DNA of 62,429 nt, counting the filler, from Polymyxa betae A26-41 (taxonomy: Eukaryota > Protista > Endomyxa: Phytomyxea): the NCBI GenBank assembly GCA_003693705.1. It is 6 parts of 6 records of this genome, joined end to end, with 100 filler letters (N's around TTAATTAATTAA, not from the genome) between each part and the next. Parts side by side here need not be neighbours in the genome. Positions count along the whole stretch, not along the records: positions 37,631 to 51,383 come from RBZT01000730.1; 5 more parts are not named here. One strand, written 5' to 3'. A program made the position numbers and the translations under genes. The notes under the pieces are model-generated. The model was given only the letters and a program-made list of their open reading frames with translations, was not told where the DNA came from and did not search any database. Shown here one piece after another: positions 37,960 through 51,161 of this stretch (its first letter is position 1; every line of letters starts with the position of its first letter).

Positions 37960-40266
37960 TCTCTGACCAGGTCTTCCTGGCTTCCTGCTGGCGCCACCAC
38001 TGCCAGATATATTATCAGCAATTTCGGTTGCTTATTGCATCTGTGCTATTCTCAGCGGATTCTCATTAATGCAACGCATTTTAACAGCTCTTGATTCAAG
38101 ATGGAAGTGACGATTGGATTTGATCTTTATGGTTCTTTTTGGGACAGTCGGTGCAAAGACTCCCTGACTAAATCGTGATCATAATCGCATGAGAGCATTT
38201 ACTACAAGTTTCGGAGCCTTTCCGCCTTGATGGAAACTTCGAGAAACGCTTCGATTCTGAAACAAATTCCAGATTTGAAGCAAAATCACGAAAAGTATCT
38301 TTATACATATCTTACGACTTTCAGCTAGGCTAACGGGGTCCTCATCTATCTGTAAATCTCCATACTCGATTGTCATGTTATCATTGTAACCTTCTAAGCG
38401 TTCAGTAAGAGCTTTTCGCAAAGAAACAATACCGACAGTCATTTGATGATCATTTTTATAGCTGAACATCTGCAAAGACAATGTGGCCACTTCACCAACC
38501 AGATGGGATTTAAAGCTACCGAAATTGATCAGCATTTGAAGTCTTTCAAGATTCATTTTAAAGCATTCCCTCAAATCCCAACTTAGTCCTTTTCTGTATA
38601 CAATCTACAATGCTGTATTAGACGATTTCTTAATGCCGAGGTACAGAATAGGAGTGTTACACTTCTAGAATGAGAAGATATTGCAGCGATCTACCCCATT
38701 GTGGTCCCTCAGCAGAGACGACAACAATATAGAGCGTGAATCCCGATCGCTTCCGATCTAATAATCGTTCAAACAGATCCACATCAAATGTGGGCTTTAA
38801 AACATAACAGCATTCTGGTCTCAGGAGAAGAGTCTGTCAATGGAATACAGCGTTAGTCTGATTGGGTCACGACCTGGTGTTAGAATGCCACCTTCACCTG
38901 CAAGGGAAGTCGTAAGTAGCGGCCACGCCTTCGTTAAACTCGTTTAGTAGAGCCCAAAGTGCCTCCAATCTATTCTCAAGCAAATCCCAAAATTCGATTA
39001 ACGAAGCGAATATAGCTAATGACTAAATTTCTACAAAAAAGTTGCTACAATCAAGGACGGCATTTTCTCAAAGCGCAATAGATTTCGGAATCCAAAAGAA
39101 TTGAAGGTTCAACCTCTATGCCAAAGACAACAGAAGGCAACGTCGATGTAAAACGCCGAATGAGTTGAGAACGTCGATTATGTATAGTGAAGAATAGATA
39201 AGATCAGCTTTGATTATGAATACATCGATGATGAGTTCTGGACAATATGTGTTTAGAGAGAGGGTATATTTGCGATCAATTCTTTGCAGATCGTAATACA
39301 TCCAATCCAGTACAGATAGGCAATGAAGAAGGCGATCTCGGACGATGTCTCAGATAGAACTGGAACTCGCGCAGCGAGATCACGATCTGCGGCGGCGCCC
39401 GCAACACCCGTTTCGGCGGCGACGCCATCTGGTGGGAATGCGGATTCGAACGCTTGTGGAGATTGGGCTCCATGCGGGCGAGTACGATCAAAGCCCGAAG
39501 GATTGAAGAATGGTGGGAATGTGTGGATGACGAGGGCCTCTGAGGTCGAAACCTCGACTGGTCGGGGGCCCAATCTCAAGGCCCTGGATTGGGGATTGAT
39601 CCAGGACCAATCACGACAATCTCGTCGAGCGACATGGTGGGCCAGAGGCAGATCCCGATGGAAAACTGCGCCGTCACGCAATATCGGAAAAGTAATGAAA
39701 ACTGCGCGGAACTTTTTCGATTACCTATCGTAAAAGGTTTGGAACTTTGCGTCAACAAATGCAGTGTTTTCAGGATGATGATTGATGATGCTGCGGCTTT
39801 CAATTTGTTATAGAATTTTAAGCTTTTCCGCACTTCCGCAGTTCTTTTCGTGATGAAAAGCATTGCCAAAATAATAGAGTGGTGCAACTTTGCGTCAGTA
39901 TCAGTGACGCAGTGATTAGTGCTCGGTTTTCTCCTCATCTATCACTTTGCTATAAAGCGTTAGGTACGGTCCATTCACAATCCCATTCCATCCAGCTGAC
40001 GTACAAATGTAAAAATGGATAAGTATCGCTGTAAAAAAGCTCTATTTGGTGAGAGTTAAAGCGGATGCCTTAATCAGAGATGATCGTTCAATGCATAATT
40101 TTTTTCAATTCAGTCAAATAGTATTGGCCAAGGGCAAGGCAAATCGAAATCCTTTGGAACCTCTGTGTTTGAAAATCGCTCCAATGTATGTGGAAGCTCA
40201 TCTCGACTGTCATCTCACGTAACTATACAGAAGCATGTTACCCAAAAGGGACAACAACGATAAAAA

Positions 40267-40337
40267 TGCACCAACCGGGAGTCGAACCCGGGTCAACCGC
40301 TTGGGAAGCGGCCATTCTACCGTTGAACCATTGGTGC
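40267..40337 (-). tRNA. tRNA-Gly(CCC)
   Basis: GCACCAA/TTGGTGC acceptor, GCCGC-TTCCCAA-GCGGT anticodon arm, GGTTCGACTCC T-arm, T5 terminator. Confidence 0.95.
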
Positions 40338-40703
40338 AAATCATCGACAAACTTAACAGCATAATAGAGAGCAGGCATAGAACTCCATTGCAGGAAACTG
40401 GAAATGGGAATCGTCACAATTTTGTTAGTTAGCGACAAAGCATGCTGAATCAACGATCCAGATTCTCAATCAGGAGCATGAGAACTGGGATAGTTAAAGA
40501 ATCAGTGTTAACGAAACTGTTACAACAATGAGACCGCGATTCTGTTAGCCTTGTTGCATATGCTCAGCAAATGGGCTTCTAAAGACTGAAGTTCTTCACA
40601 GTAAGATTAAGCGTTCTGGTCGATTGACGATTGATATTAGCTCATTGCCCAAGTGTGAAGTATTCATGACAGCCGGCAGAGGACTTAAAAAGCAAAAGAA
40701 TAT

Positions 40704-40774
40704 TGCACCAACCGGGAGTCGAACCCGGGTCAACCGCTTGGGAAGCGGCCATTCTACCGTTGAACCATTGGTGC
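40704..40774 (-). tRNA. tRNA-Gly(CCC), identical second copy
   Basis: 71 nt identical to 40267-40337. Confidence 0.95.
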
Positions 40775-41027
40775 TTATGTTGCTGTCAACATAAAATTTG
40801 TGCGTGAAGTACTCTCTAAATCAAAAAATTTTCCTCGTCACCAGGCCAATTTATAATTTATTAAAAGCAACGCAAACTAAGCCCTGTTATTTCTTCTGTT
40901 TTTGTGCTAGAATGCAAGCCTTCAACATCTCGAACTGTCTCTGACAGGATCCCTGCTTCAGCGAGTCCAAATTCGCCACAATACACTTGCCATATTCGGC
41001 GCTCTGACATTTCACCCTGAATGCCTG

Positions 41028-41768
41028 ATGACCATGGCCCTCATTCTCCTTACCTGCTCGCTACATGCTAGGAAGGCTGTCCCTAAACGTCGCACCAATC
41101 TGGGAGGACGATCCCCGCTCATCGCAGCCGACCCTTGATGAGGCGTCGCAGTAATTCGTAATGAAGCTTTGATGTCGGCAAGATGCTTTTTTATTAATAT
41201 TTTTTTTTGTATTTTTTCAGATGCCTGAAAGCTTTGCCTGAGATAAAAATGACTTCTCTCCTCTCCTTTCGGACGCTTTCTTCCAAGCAGAAGAGACGTT
41301 TGTTGAAATATGGGATCACTCCTGCAATTTGAAAGAAAAAGGCTTCGAGATGATGAACTGGTTTGTCCGATACATTGTCACTTTGCTGGAGATTTCTGCT
41401 CTATAAAAATCTTGCTATCGCTGAGATCCAAGATTCCTGCTAATCTCTGAATTCTGTAAGTCTGACAGCGCTTTCATTCGTTCAAAACATTTCATTTAAT
41501 TTGATTGATTTTCTACATAACTTCATTGCTTCCTTAAAAAGTTGCTTTAAGGCTGTTCTTTTCTTTTGATAGCCTGCTTGGGAATGTTCTATATCTAAAG
41601 TCAACTCAAGCAAGTAATTGTATAGACCTCCAAACTATGCCTAAATGGAAATGCTTTCGATCGAAAGCTTGTGGAATATTTGTCGCCGTTGCCTTCGTCG
41701 CTGTCGTCGTGGCTGTGTTCCTGGCTATCAAGAGCACCAAAGCCCTGGAAAATGCACTAAACTCCTAA
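41028..41768 (+). pseudogene. three-exon gene remnant with C-terminal TM helix
   Basis: GT-AG introns; last exon ...ACGIFVAVAFVAVVVAVFLAIKSTK...; in-frame stops in the middle exon. Confidence 0.35.
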
Positions 41769-41983
41769 CACATAACCACTACTGTTTCTCTTAACAAACG
41801 CCTTTGATGACTTCAATAAAATCAAGTCGAACGTCGTTGTAGAAAGTCTCAATCTGCTAGTTCGATAATTTCAGAGAAAACAGTCGCTGAAGGCAGCTTT
41901 TTTCTTTTGGAAAACGATAAGCGATTTGTAAAACGCGTTAGATAGAGAAAGGACTACAGCTATAATAAAGATTTATCAAATAA

Positions 41984-42595
41984 TCACACTCGATATGGAT
42001 ATGTGTATGGTAAAGGAGCGCCGCCTTTGAACTTCAGCGAGTTGCGAACTTTGGTTCCGACAATCAACGTGACAACCTGAAACAAGGCCAGACCGATCCC
42101 CAAGCCCATGATGTAGTCGCGATTGATTCCATCGGTGAAGACATCGCGAATCCTGGCCCGGCAGGTCGGTTCCGAGCTGCAGCCCAAATCGTTCATGAGA
42201 GTGGAGCGCTGCGTCTGGGACATGTTCAACCAGATACGCTGCGACGTCTTCTCCCCGGTAGGGTCTTCGAGGTACATATAGATGCAGAATGCGATTTCGA
42301 GGATGATAACAGCGACTAGGAGCCGTAATCCGATCTTCAGCGTTCTTGCAGAGCGGCAGAATGAACCCAGGAATGTGATGGAAGAGAATACCAAGCCTAT
42401 ACCGCAGCAGATGATTTCAACCAGGCGGAATGCTTTCAAAACTTGCTGCCATTCATCTGGAATCCCGTCCATTATTGAGGATTGGATTAGATAGGGGAAA
42501 TGGTACAAAAGAATGATAAGGATGAGACCAAAGACAACGGTGCATAGGAAGCTGGATAACAGTAAGACATCGCGAATCGTTTGAGGACGAGCCAT
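41984..42595 (-). CDS. tetraspanin-like 4-TM protein, 203 aa
   Basis: Four TM helices with tetraspanin spacing, FLGSF in TM2, E in TM3, Q in TM4, EC2 with W...LGC...C, tail YPYRV. Confidence 0.8.
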   Translation of the reverse strand: MARPQTIRDVLLLSSFLCTVVFGLILIILLYHFPYLIQSSIMDGIPDEWQQVLKAFRLVEIICCGIGLVFSSITFLGSFCRSARTLKIGLRLLVAVIILEIAFCIYMYLEDPTGEKTSQRIWLNMSQTQRSTLMNDLGCSSEPTCRARIRDVFTDGINRDYIMGLGIGLALFQVVTLIVGTKVRNSLKFKGGAPLPYTYPYRV

Positions 42596-42976
42596 TACGA
42601 GATAATTAATAATTAAATTCTGACCGGAAACGCCGGCAATTGAAACGCCCCGTTTTAAAGACAGAATCGATCTGTTGGACTTTGCTTACGAGTAAACGAT
42701 TAATCAGTACATGATCGGAAATGAATCATTCAATCAGATCATTCATGAGAGAGAGAGAGATGGGAAATAAGAAGAAACACGTTCCTGAAAAACATGGATT
42801 GGCTTTGTCTGATCAATTGAAATTTGGTCCTCAGAGAGCTTTGAAAAAACTCTCCGATAAATGATTTGAAATGAAGCATGATTAATGCATGGAAGCTGGG
42901 TAGGCCCAATAACGAGCCTGCCAGTGCAGATTTAGAAACAGCCCAGTTTACTCTAAAATGATTTAAACATAAAAAC

Positions 42977-45900
42977 TTAGGCATGGGGTTGGGAAGGAGC
43001 CGGAGACGTACTCGTCGCCACACTCAACAAATTGGATCCAATGGAGGCCTGCGCTTTCTTTGCAATTGAACAGGTTTCCGATGATTCCGAAGACTGCGCA
43101 TCATCATCGACAACGCTGGCTGATGCAGACGACAGTATAATCGGTTCAGATTGCCATGCTTTCAGCAGCATTGCGTGTATGGCTTCTGCTAATAAACGCC
43201 TCTCTTGTAACTCCACTCGAATGTCTTCGCCATCACGGTACAGGTCAACAAGATGTTCAACAGTGACATAGTTGTTATTGATAGCTTCTTGGACCTTGAA
43301 AAAAATCAGTATAGAGCATTGATCCCAAGAGAAGCCGAGAAAAATCCAACCCAAAGACAAATGTAAATGAAAGAGGAAGAAATAGCGGCGATTATTACCA
43401 GAGAAACCCATGATTTTGTTCGCTGCAGCAACGCTAGAAAAGCATCTTTTTGTGGAGCGACAAGCTTTGGTGGCAAGGTAGCTGCCAGCTCTTCCAGCTG
43501 CTGAAGCGTCAAACCGCGAGGGCCACATTCGGCTTGGTCATTGGTGGGCGGGTACAGCTCAGAATACTGATAAGGAACGCTGGCTTTGCGTGCACAATCC
43601 ATGCAAATATAGATACTTGGAGCCGGTACATTTGAAGCTGGATGAAACCCAAGACAAGAACGATGGAAAAATTTGTGACAGGAATTGCACGAAACCGGAA
43701 GCGATTGCACCCGAGCAGTACGTCGGCAAGGGCATGGAATGATCCGATTGACGGTAGGGGCGGGTAAGCCGAGCGATCCGTCACCATGTTGAAGAGGGTT
43801 CTTGTAATGGAAACGAAGATCGTCGAGGAAAAATGGGCCCAAAAGTCTCTGAACCTGAAAGAAAAGACAACAATCGTCAATAAAAGACAGATTTCAACAA
43901 ATGGATAAGTTGAAAATAACCACAAGTTAGCAAAAAGAAAAGTAAGGATACATACTGTACTTAGCCATTGGAAAGAGGCAACGAGGTGTTGTTTCAGAAC
44001 CTGGACAGTATTCTGAATGCGAGGCGAACGCCGATTTTCTGCTTCTCGATAGAGCTCAAGTTGCGATTTCAAATCGTGCTGCTTGACAACACGCTTCAGC
44101 CACTCATTCTCGAACAATCGCGTTTCAAGCCTGAAGAAAAGTCAACAGCTTTTCATATATATTGATTACGTGAAAAACCTTGCAATAATTTCGGACAGAT
44201 CAAGTGGGAGACTACTAGCGTCGTTGATATGCTTTCTAATCTAAAATATAATGTCAAAAGGAGAATTTGATTATTCGTTTAGAATGCTTAGTCAAAGACA
44301 AGCCCAAGAGGAATTCAATAACCAAATGGAAAAGCAGAAAACCACGTGATGAAAATCGATCAAGTCAAATGTGAAATAAAAATGCGAAAAAACCAGACGA
44401 TAGTTCATGAGATGATGAGATTCCGGTTAGAAAAAAGAGCAGGTCAAAATGCCCAACCAACCTGATTGTCATTTTGAACCTGATTCAGCAAAGTATGGGC
44501 CATGTCAGCCCATTGCACTCCGCGTTGCAAAATTGCTTGGGCAAGTGATAGCTCTCCAGCAATAGTAGAATCAAATTGATTAGGTCCAGCTCGGGGCAAA
44601 GATGTGAGCAGCTGCATCAGAACGGGAATGGTTGGCTTGAAAGACCCACGAGCAACTTGCTGCAATTGAGTTAGCACATACTGAACTTGTGGAGCAGGGA
44701 TCGCGGGCTGGACTGGCGCTGTAGGGACATTCGATGACGCTTTCAACATCGCTTCGCATCGGGCCTGGACATCTGGCATGATCAGACGAGCTTGAGTAAG
44801 TTTGTGAAGTATCTCGGTAGCAATCTGCAAATAGACAGCTGAGTATACATCAATTATTTGGGCGAGCAACATTGATCGCGTAAAGATAAGCAAATAGACA
44901 TCCTCAAAGGCAGATGTTGCGCATTGAATGTGAAAGCAGCAAAACGAGTAAAGAAGCAGACAGAACTTAGAGTATAGCTATCGGATAGAAAGTTTCTGAC
45001 TTTTACCTTTGGTGTCAAGTTTGCCATCTTAACTCTGTCTTCAACCCAGGCGGCAAAGGCGCGAACATTCCTTAGCCACGTAACAGGGCAATTTTTTTCG
45101 TCGCCTGGCATTAGTATCGTGACTACAATAAAAAACAAAATAGAGCCAAGTATTACCTGTCCATGGAAGCATGACAACCCTGTTGGAGCTCATTACAGTA
45201 ATCATTTGCTCGATGGTGTTTATAGGGACAACCTGTCACGAGTATCAAAAGGCAGATATTTGGGAAGGTGAGGAGAAAAAAAGGAGAAGCAATGAGCTAG
45301 AAACATGGAAAAACAGTTTTACAAAATTCGAACGAGGAAGGTTCCGCAAAATTACAACGAGGCTCCAGAGAGGAACATTTTCGGGAGAACGCAGCATAAA
45401 ACAAAATAGTAGCAGATGGACAATAAACAGTATCGAATCCGTTAAGAGCAAGGAAATGTAAAGTAAAAAACGAAATGAAGAACGAGCTCGCAAGTAATAG
45501 AGCCGAATCTTACCTGTCCTTGTTGATACCTGGAATGCAGAATGGTGAGCCGTTCAAGGAAAAGCTCGGTGTTCTTGACTAGATTAGTTAAAGCCAATTC
45601 TTCATCTGTCATACAGCACATCGACTGCGATAATTCTAAAGCAAGAAGTCTATATCAGCAAAAGCCAGCTGCAAAATGACCAAACGAAACAGCAAGCTCC
45701 AGGCAGAAACAGCCCTTGATCCTAACAAAACAGAAATGGCCAAATTACCTTGTAAATGATCTTGACAAGACTTTAGGTTGATTTCTTGTGTACTGTCTTT
45801 GTATTGATCAACAAGTTTTTGTCTGGCATCATCGATCTTCGCTAAGAAATCCGCTGCTTGTTTAGAATCCGGCTCGTCCAATTCCGTAGCAAGCTGACGC

Positions 45901-47779
45901 AGCTCTGAATACTTTAGGCGTGACTCCCCTCGACGGGTTATGGCATCTTCCCATTTGCGCAGGGCAGCGGAAGGCGGAGGAGGTTGGGGACTAGGAGCCC
46001 GGCGCTGTTGATAAACGCCAAGAGGAGTGGCTACGGCGGTCATGTCTGCTGTTTGGGCAAGGATCTCGTTAGTCTCTTTGATAGCCTAGTCAGAAACTGT
46101 GAAAAAAATACATTGCCAAATTGGTGCAATTACGGAATCCAGCTGTTGCATATTGGGAATGGCAACAAACGGAGCGCGATCTCTGACCAACGATTGAATG
46201 CGAACAGCCTCGTCATGAGTCATTTCATGGCCCTATTTAGCTATTAGAGAATCGCAAGAAAAAAGCAAAGCGCAGATGAAGCAGATAACAGAAAAAATGT
46301 GCCAACAGAAACATTGTAGTTTACCTGTTTACGCGGTTTGTCAAGATAGGAGCAATTATTCAGGCGTCGTTTAACATGTTTAGACGCATGCAGAGCATTA
46401 AGAGCCACTTGAAGGGCGGGTGTATCAATGTTCGGTACAACGCCAGCGTAATTCTGGATAATATTACGCAAACGACTGATACCTAACGCTGCCATCGGTA
46501 CAAGCAAAAGAAAAGAGTATGGCTTCGATAGTTAGCACAAAAAAGATCACGGTTCACAGGAGCCTCCAAAACGGCCCAAATCAAACCATGCGCCAACAGC
46601 ACAATGACGACAACGAAACAACAAAATTAAACATGATCGAATGCAAATATTATTTACCTACGGGTTGCCCAGAGCTGGCACTTGCATCCCGCACCTGAAC
46701 ATTGAACTCCATAGCTCTGTCTCGTAACTGACGGCAACGCCTCACCAGACGTTGATCCACAGACTGAACGAAATGAGACTTATGAACAGACAAGGTCCAG
46801 AGCAACAAACATTGTCGATCACATCGGAAAGGACTTTCAACCCGCTCTCTAGTTCGGCGAGACTGCTCCCACACTCAACAACTTTGCGCATCCAAGTGTT
46901 GGCCTAAGCGAAAAATTATTCAAAAATATTGAAAGCATCACAGAAAACTCGTCAATAGACAGAAAACGATTCGCCACCAGGGGTGGAGAATTTCAAAAAT
47001 TTGCTTCTATGAATCGAAGCCATAAGAAAACACATTTAACGAAACGAGAATGTAGAAATTCACGATAAAATGCTGAATTACCCAAGACGTATCAGGACAA
47101 TCGTCTTCGTAGAAAGCCGGTCGAGTATCGGATATTGCATTAAGGGCAGCAGAAACATCGTAGTTATTAGCATCAAGCAGAGCCAGAAGGGCTTGCTCAT
47201 CAGTGATAAATGAAGCTTTTAGCCTTCCTTCATCAAGAAAGCGCTGCACTAAAAAACATCAGTATACCAATTACTGTAATCCCAAGTTCGTTTCATGTTT
47301 AAATGCCCAAAATGAAATAGCCAGACACAGGTATGCAAACTGAAATCAAGCTATTCGATCTCTCAAAACTCGTACAAAAAACGAAGCACGAAAGCACAGA
47401 GCCTTATGTAATCAGTACATGAATAAATAATGGGAAACTAGAAGTAGAGAAGAAAACAGGTCAGAAAGAAGTGATGAAATTACGTGAAAGATATCCCGCG
47501 GATTCAAAATCGAGAAACTTAAAGCCAAAAAAATGTTTTTTTGATATATCCTCAAACAGCCGAAAAAATATCAACTGAACCTCGAGCAGCTGCCAGGCAA
47601 TCGCGACGCCAAATCAGCCTTGGGGAATGGTGATTAACGACGGATGCAGATCGGGTCAGTTCTGTCGTCGGCGGAACCACGGCCTGGAAGGTTGGAGCCA
47701 ATCGCGGGGAATGGTATGGATAGGCGCAAGATCCAGACGAAACTGAAGCAGATCCCTGCGACGCCGGTGGCGACTCCAT
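42977..47779 (-). CDS. multi-exon chromatin protein: ELM2 + PLU-1-like helical region + PHD finger
   Basis: ELM2 PRLAPTFQAVVP..LIWR..DEQALLALLDANNYDVSAAL; PHD CPC..CNSCHKFFHRSC..CMDC; W-containing helical segments; numerous GT-AG introns. Internal exon boundaries not all resolved. Confidence 0.75.
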
Positions 47780-48720
47780 CACTCTCGCCTGCAGCGACGA
47801 CGCCGGCGATAACCAGACGAAACGAGCTTAAAAAAGTTCCGTGATGACGACGCAGTTTTTGCTGCAATTTCTTTTTTGGGTGAGGGAAATCACTAAAGAG
47901 AGATTCCCTTAAAAGAGAACCTTCACAGCAAACAGGATGTGCAAATCTTCAGTTTTACAGCATGATGAAATAAGCTCCAGCTCTGACTGATAGCGCATAA
48001 CAAAGATCGTGTCCAAACAATCCGAAACTCAGCTTAGATACCCCAAGAAGCACATTATGGCACACATTCTTGTATAGTGAATAAGAATCGATCTAAAAGT
48101 TCTTTGACTCCATCCAACCCAACCCCTCAGAAGACACATGCTCCAATCATTTTAATGTCGTTGGTGGTTGGTTTTGCTCGTACTGTAGGTCCTACCAAAC
48201 CAAAATTGAGCAATCAGCCAGACTTGAGGAAATGGATTTTTCCAGAGCGGAGATTAAGATTCAGTTAAAAGCCATGACGCCGTTCACCACTTAAAATCAA
48301 ACTATACCACGAATTCAATCCAGAGCTTTGGGTAATTAGTGCTAGTCGACGAAGCTCCCAACGATACTACTGTAGGGATACATTTGTTTCTGAGCAAGAT
48401 GCCCAACCAGGCCGAGCTGTCATTCGAGCGAATCTGCCTCAGTGCCGCCAATACTTAACATCTTTGCAGCTATTGAACGAAAAAATATGTGCTCCCATTA
48501 GAATCCATTTCACTCAACTGGTGAACCATATCGATCCGACTTCATGAAAACAGCCAAAATAGCAACTCATGCGGCAACTATGATTCCTTCGTGTATATTG
48601 GCTGTCGAGATTCAAACGACATCGCCAGCACCTCATAATGGGCCCTATTGAATCGAAAGGATCATCTTGAAAAGCCTTTGCGAATGAGTGATGAAATCTG
48701 AATCAACAGCTTGTATGTGA

Positions 48721-50270
48721 TTATGTTAATTGTCTACCAGGGCTATATGATTTCCGGTTCGGTGATGCGGATCGGGCCGAGGGCTTAGGTGCGATGAGGA
48801 TGATACTTTTCGATTGGCGTGCACGTGATCCACCAAGTGCTATGGAAGCTCTGGAATGCAACCAGTGAGTGATTGGAATCATGGCACCACCTCGAGGTGA
48901 TGGTCGGAGCGCCCAGATCGAGAAAATCACTACCTAATAAAGAGAAGCGTTCAGCATTAACTGAAACCAACCAGGACCCGGTAAATCAGAAAATGTACAT
49001 TTAGCGCCGCGAAAAAACATATGAACAATGTTGAAAAGTGATATGTGTGAATGTATTTTACAGAAACCATATAAATTTTATAAAAAAAGCCAGACAGAAC
49101 GGTTACCTGCGACATTGCCAAAGATAGTACAGAATACATAAGGAAGAAGCTTAATGGTCCCTGTTGCTGGAAGAAAATGAAGAGGATCTGGATTGCCCAC
49201 ATCATGATAGTCGCAAATGTTCCGCAAGCCAGCTTATAAGCAAATCTCAGACGCATACGACGCTCGGAATCGCCAAGTTGAAAATTTGGGCCTTTACGGA
49301 TGATCATTTTGCAAAGATGGTATGTGGCGGGTATACTCAAAGCAGTAAGCACAATAAGGGTTGCGATTTGCAACCAGAATAGCAGTGGAAAATTGGTTGC
49401 ATGGGAATCTAAAGCAATTTCCAGTGAAATGATGAAATTTGAAAAGAGAATGGTCAACAGAAGCAATTGTTTCAACCGAAGTTTCCATCCGCGAACGCCA
49501 TGATATCGAACCCCTTCAAGGTTGGCTTTAGTCCTTACTTGATCCATAGCCAAGCTCAGGAGGATACGCCCAGAATAAACCAAAGGGACCCCCAGACAAA
49601 AGGCATGTAGGAGAGAGTGATAAGAAAACAATTTCGATGAAAATATCGCCAGATTCGCGAAAGCCACTATACCCCAAGTACTGGATAATCCATAGATAAT
49701 CAATATCAGCAACGGGTATGGAGTACGAAAAATACCCAAACCGAATCGATAAAATTTCGCAATAATCACCACGAGGTTGAAGACGCGGTGAATCAACACA
49801 ATCCACATTAATACCTGCAGACCCTGGGACTGCAGAGCCTGAATCAAACGGTATGGCTCAGGGTCGCCCAGCGTCAAGCGATGGAATCCGGAAGAAAAGT
49901 CTCCCTGGCCATGACCAATCGCAACGACAGGGATGTTAGCATCTAAGATGGTGTTTGTATAGGCGGCGATCTCCAACAACGTCTGCAGGCTGCTCTTAGT
50001 GTAGAAAATGACGGCGGTGCAACCCGCTTCCTGACAGTCATCAACACACTTCTGGAAGGAGAACGCGGCCGCCGAAACGTAAACCATAGTGGCATGGTTC
50101 GCTTTATAATCACTATAGGAGATGGGAGAGGTTAGATTCGGGTCGTATGGAGTCGACCGAATCGGGTAGGATGGTGCCGAGATAGACATGTTGAAGTCAT
50201 CGTAGAAAATAATGGATGTCGCTATCTGAAGTGAGTTGATGATCATGAAGGCGACCAGGAAGTGCCTCAT
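48721..50270 (-). CDS. signal peptide + PA (protease-associated) domain + 7-TM receptor-like protein (exons 50270-49107, 48933-48721)
   Basis: MRHFLVAFMIINSLQIATS signal; KCVDDCQEAGCTAVIFY...IPVVAIGHGQG is the PA signature; seven hydrophobic helices; the phase-0 intron completes TM7 and adds an S/R-rich tail. Confidence 0.75.
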
Positions 50271-50588
50271 GCTGTGATGGAGCCCGGGCCGGCTGGCCAA
50301 ACCTCTCAGCGCCAGAACCAATCTACTGATCGTTGGGGACCCTCTCGGATTTGGCAATCTAGTCGTTGCAGCAGCAGTTATTTGGAGGGGTATTCCGTTC
50401 GCCCAGCAATCGACCCAGGATTTGGAGATCGAAAACAGAACCTGGTACGAACACCGACCTAATCTCTTTGTTTCACCTTGCTGTTTCTTACAATGGGCAC
50501 TGTTTTGAGAATTGTGGTAGCTGCCTTGACATGGTCGAAACCAGGTTTAACTTTGTTTCGAGACAACAAAAAGAAACGACAAGCTGTT

Positions 50589-50662
50589 GTCCGGATGGTG
50601 TAGTTGGTTATCACACCTGTCTAACACACAGGAGGTCTCCAGTTCGAGTCTGGGTCGGGACA
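50589..50662 (+). tRNA. tRNA-Val(AAC)
   Basis: CCTGT-CTAACAC-ACAGG anticodon arm, TCCAG-TTCGAGT-CTGGG T-arm, one G:G mismatch in the acceptor, T5 terminator. Confidence 0.93.
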
Positions 50663-50828
50663 TGCTTTTTGGTTTGCATCTTGGCGATTGACACTTGGTG
50701 CTCTGCAGAGCAATTCCAGAACGTGTGTCATTGTTTGTTAGAAATGATCATATAAACCATCATCACCCGATTCATGTTCAAAGAACTGCGGATTCATCCA
50801 TGAGGCTGAAGTTTTTGCGAATTGATCT

Positions 50829-51161
50829 TTCAATGTGTCTCAGGACGCTTCGACAGGCGTTGGTCAAAAGGCGGCCACATTCTGGGAGCGGGTCGAGGCC
50901 CATTTCAATGAGCAAATGAGTGAAAACTCTTCTGTTCGCTCAGCCAGATCTCTTGCTACCAAATGGGGCACGATCCAACATGATGTCTCTAAATTCGTAG
51001 GTTCGTACGCTGCTATCAAGGATTTGAATCCAACTGGAGCCAGTGAGGAAGATTTGATAAAAAAGGCATTGGAACTATTTAAATCAACGAATTCTGATCA
51101 GAAGTCGTCTGAATTTACTTTCATCCATGTCTGGTATATCCTTAGAGACTTTCCTAAGTAG
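50829..51161 (+). mobile_element. PIF/Harbinger Myb/SANT-like (NAM-associated) accessory protein fragment
   Basis: VSQDASTGVGQKAATFWERV..RSARSLATKWGTIQHDVSKF..FTFIHVWYILRDFPK, cut just before the conserved W. Confidence 0.8.

Noticed and set aside
39340-39470. PIF1/Helitron helicase fragment (LRRRPQHPFGG)
   Set aside because: Needs a frameshift and lacks the GDF.QL and Walker motifs.
48721-50270. Signal peptide peptidase-like (PA + A22B) assignment
   Set aside because: Catalytic YD, GxGD and PAL motifs are absent.
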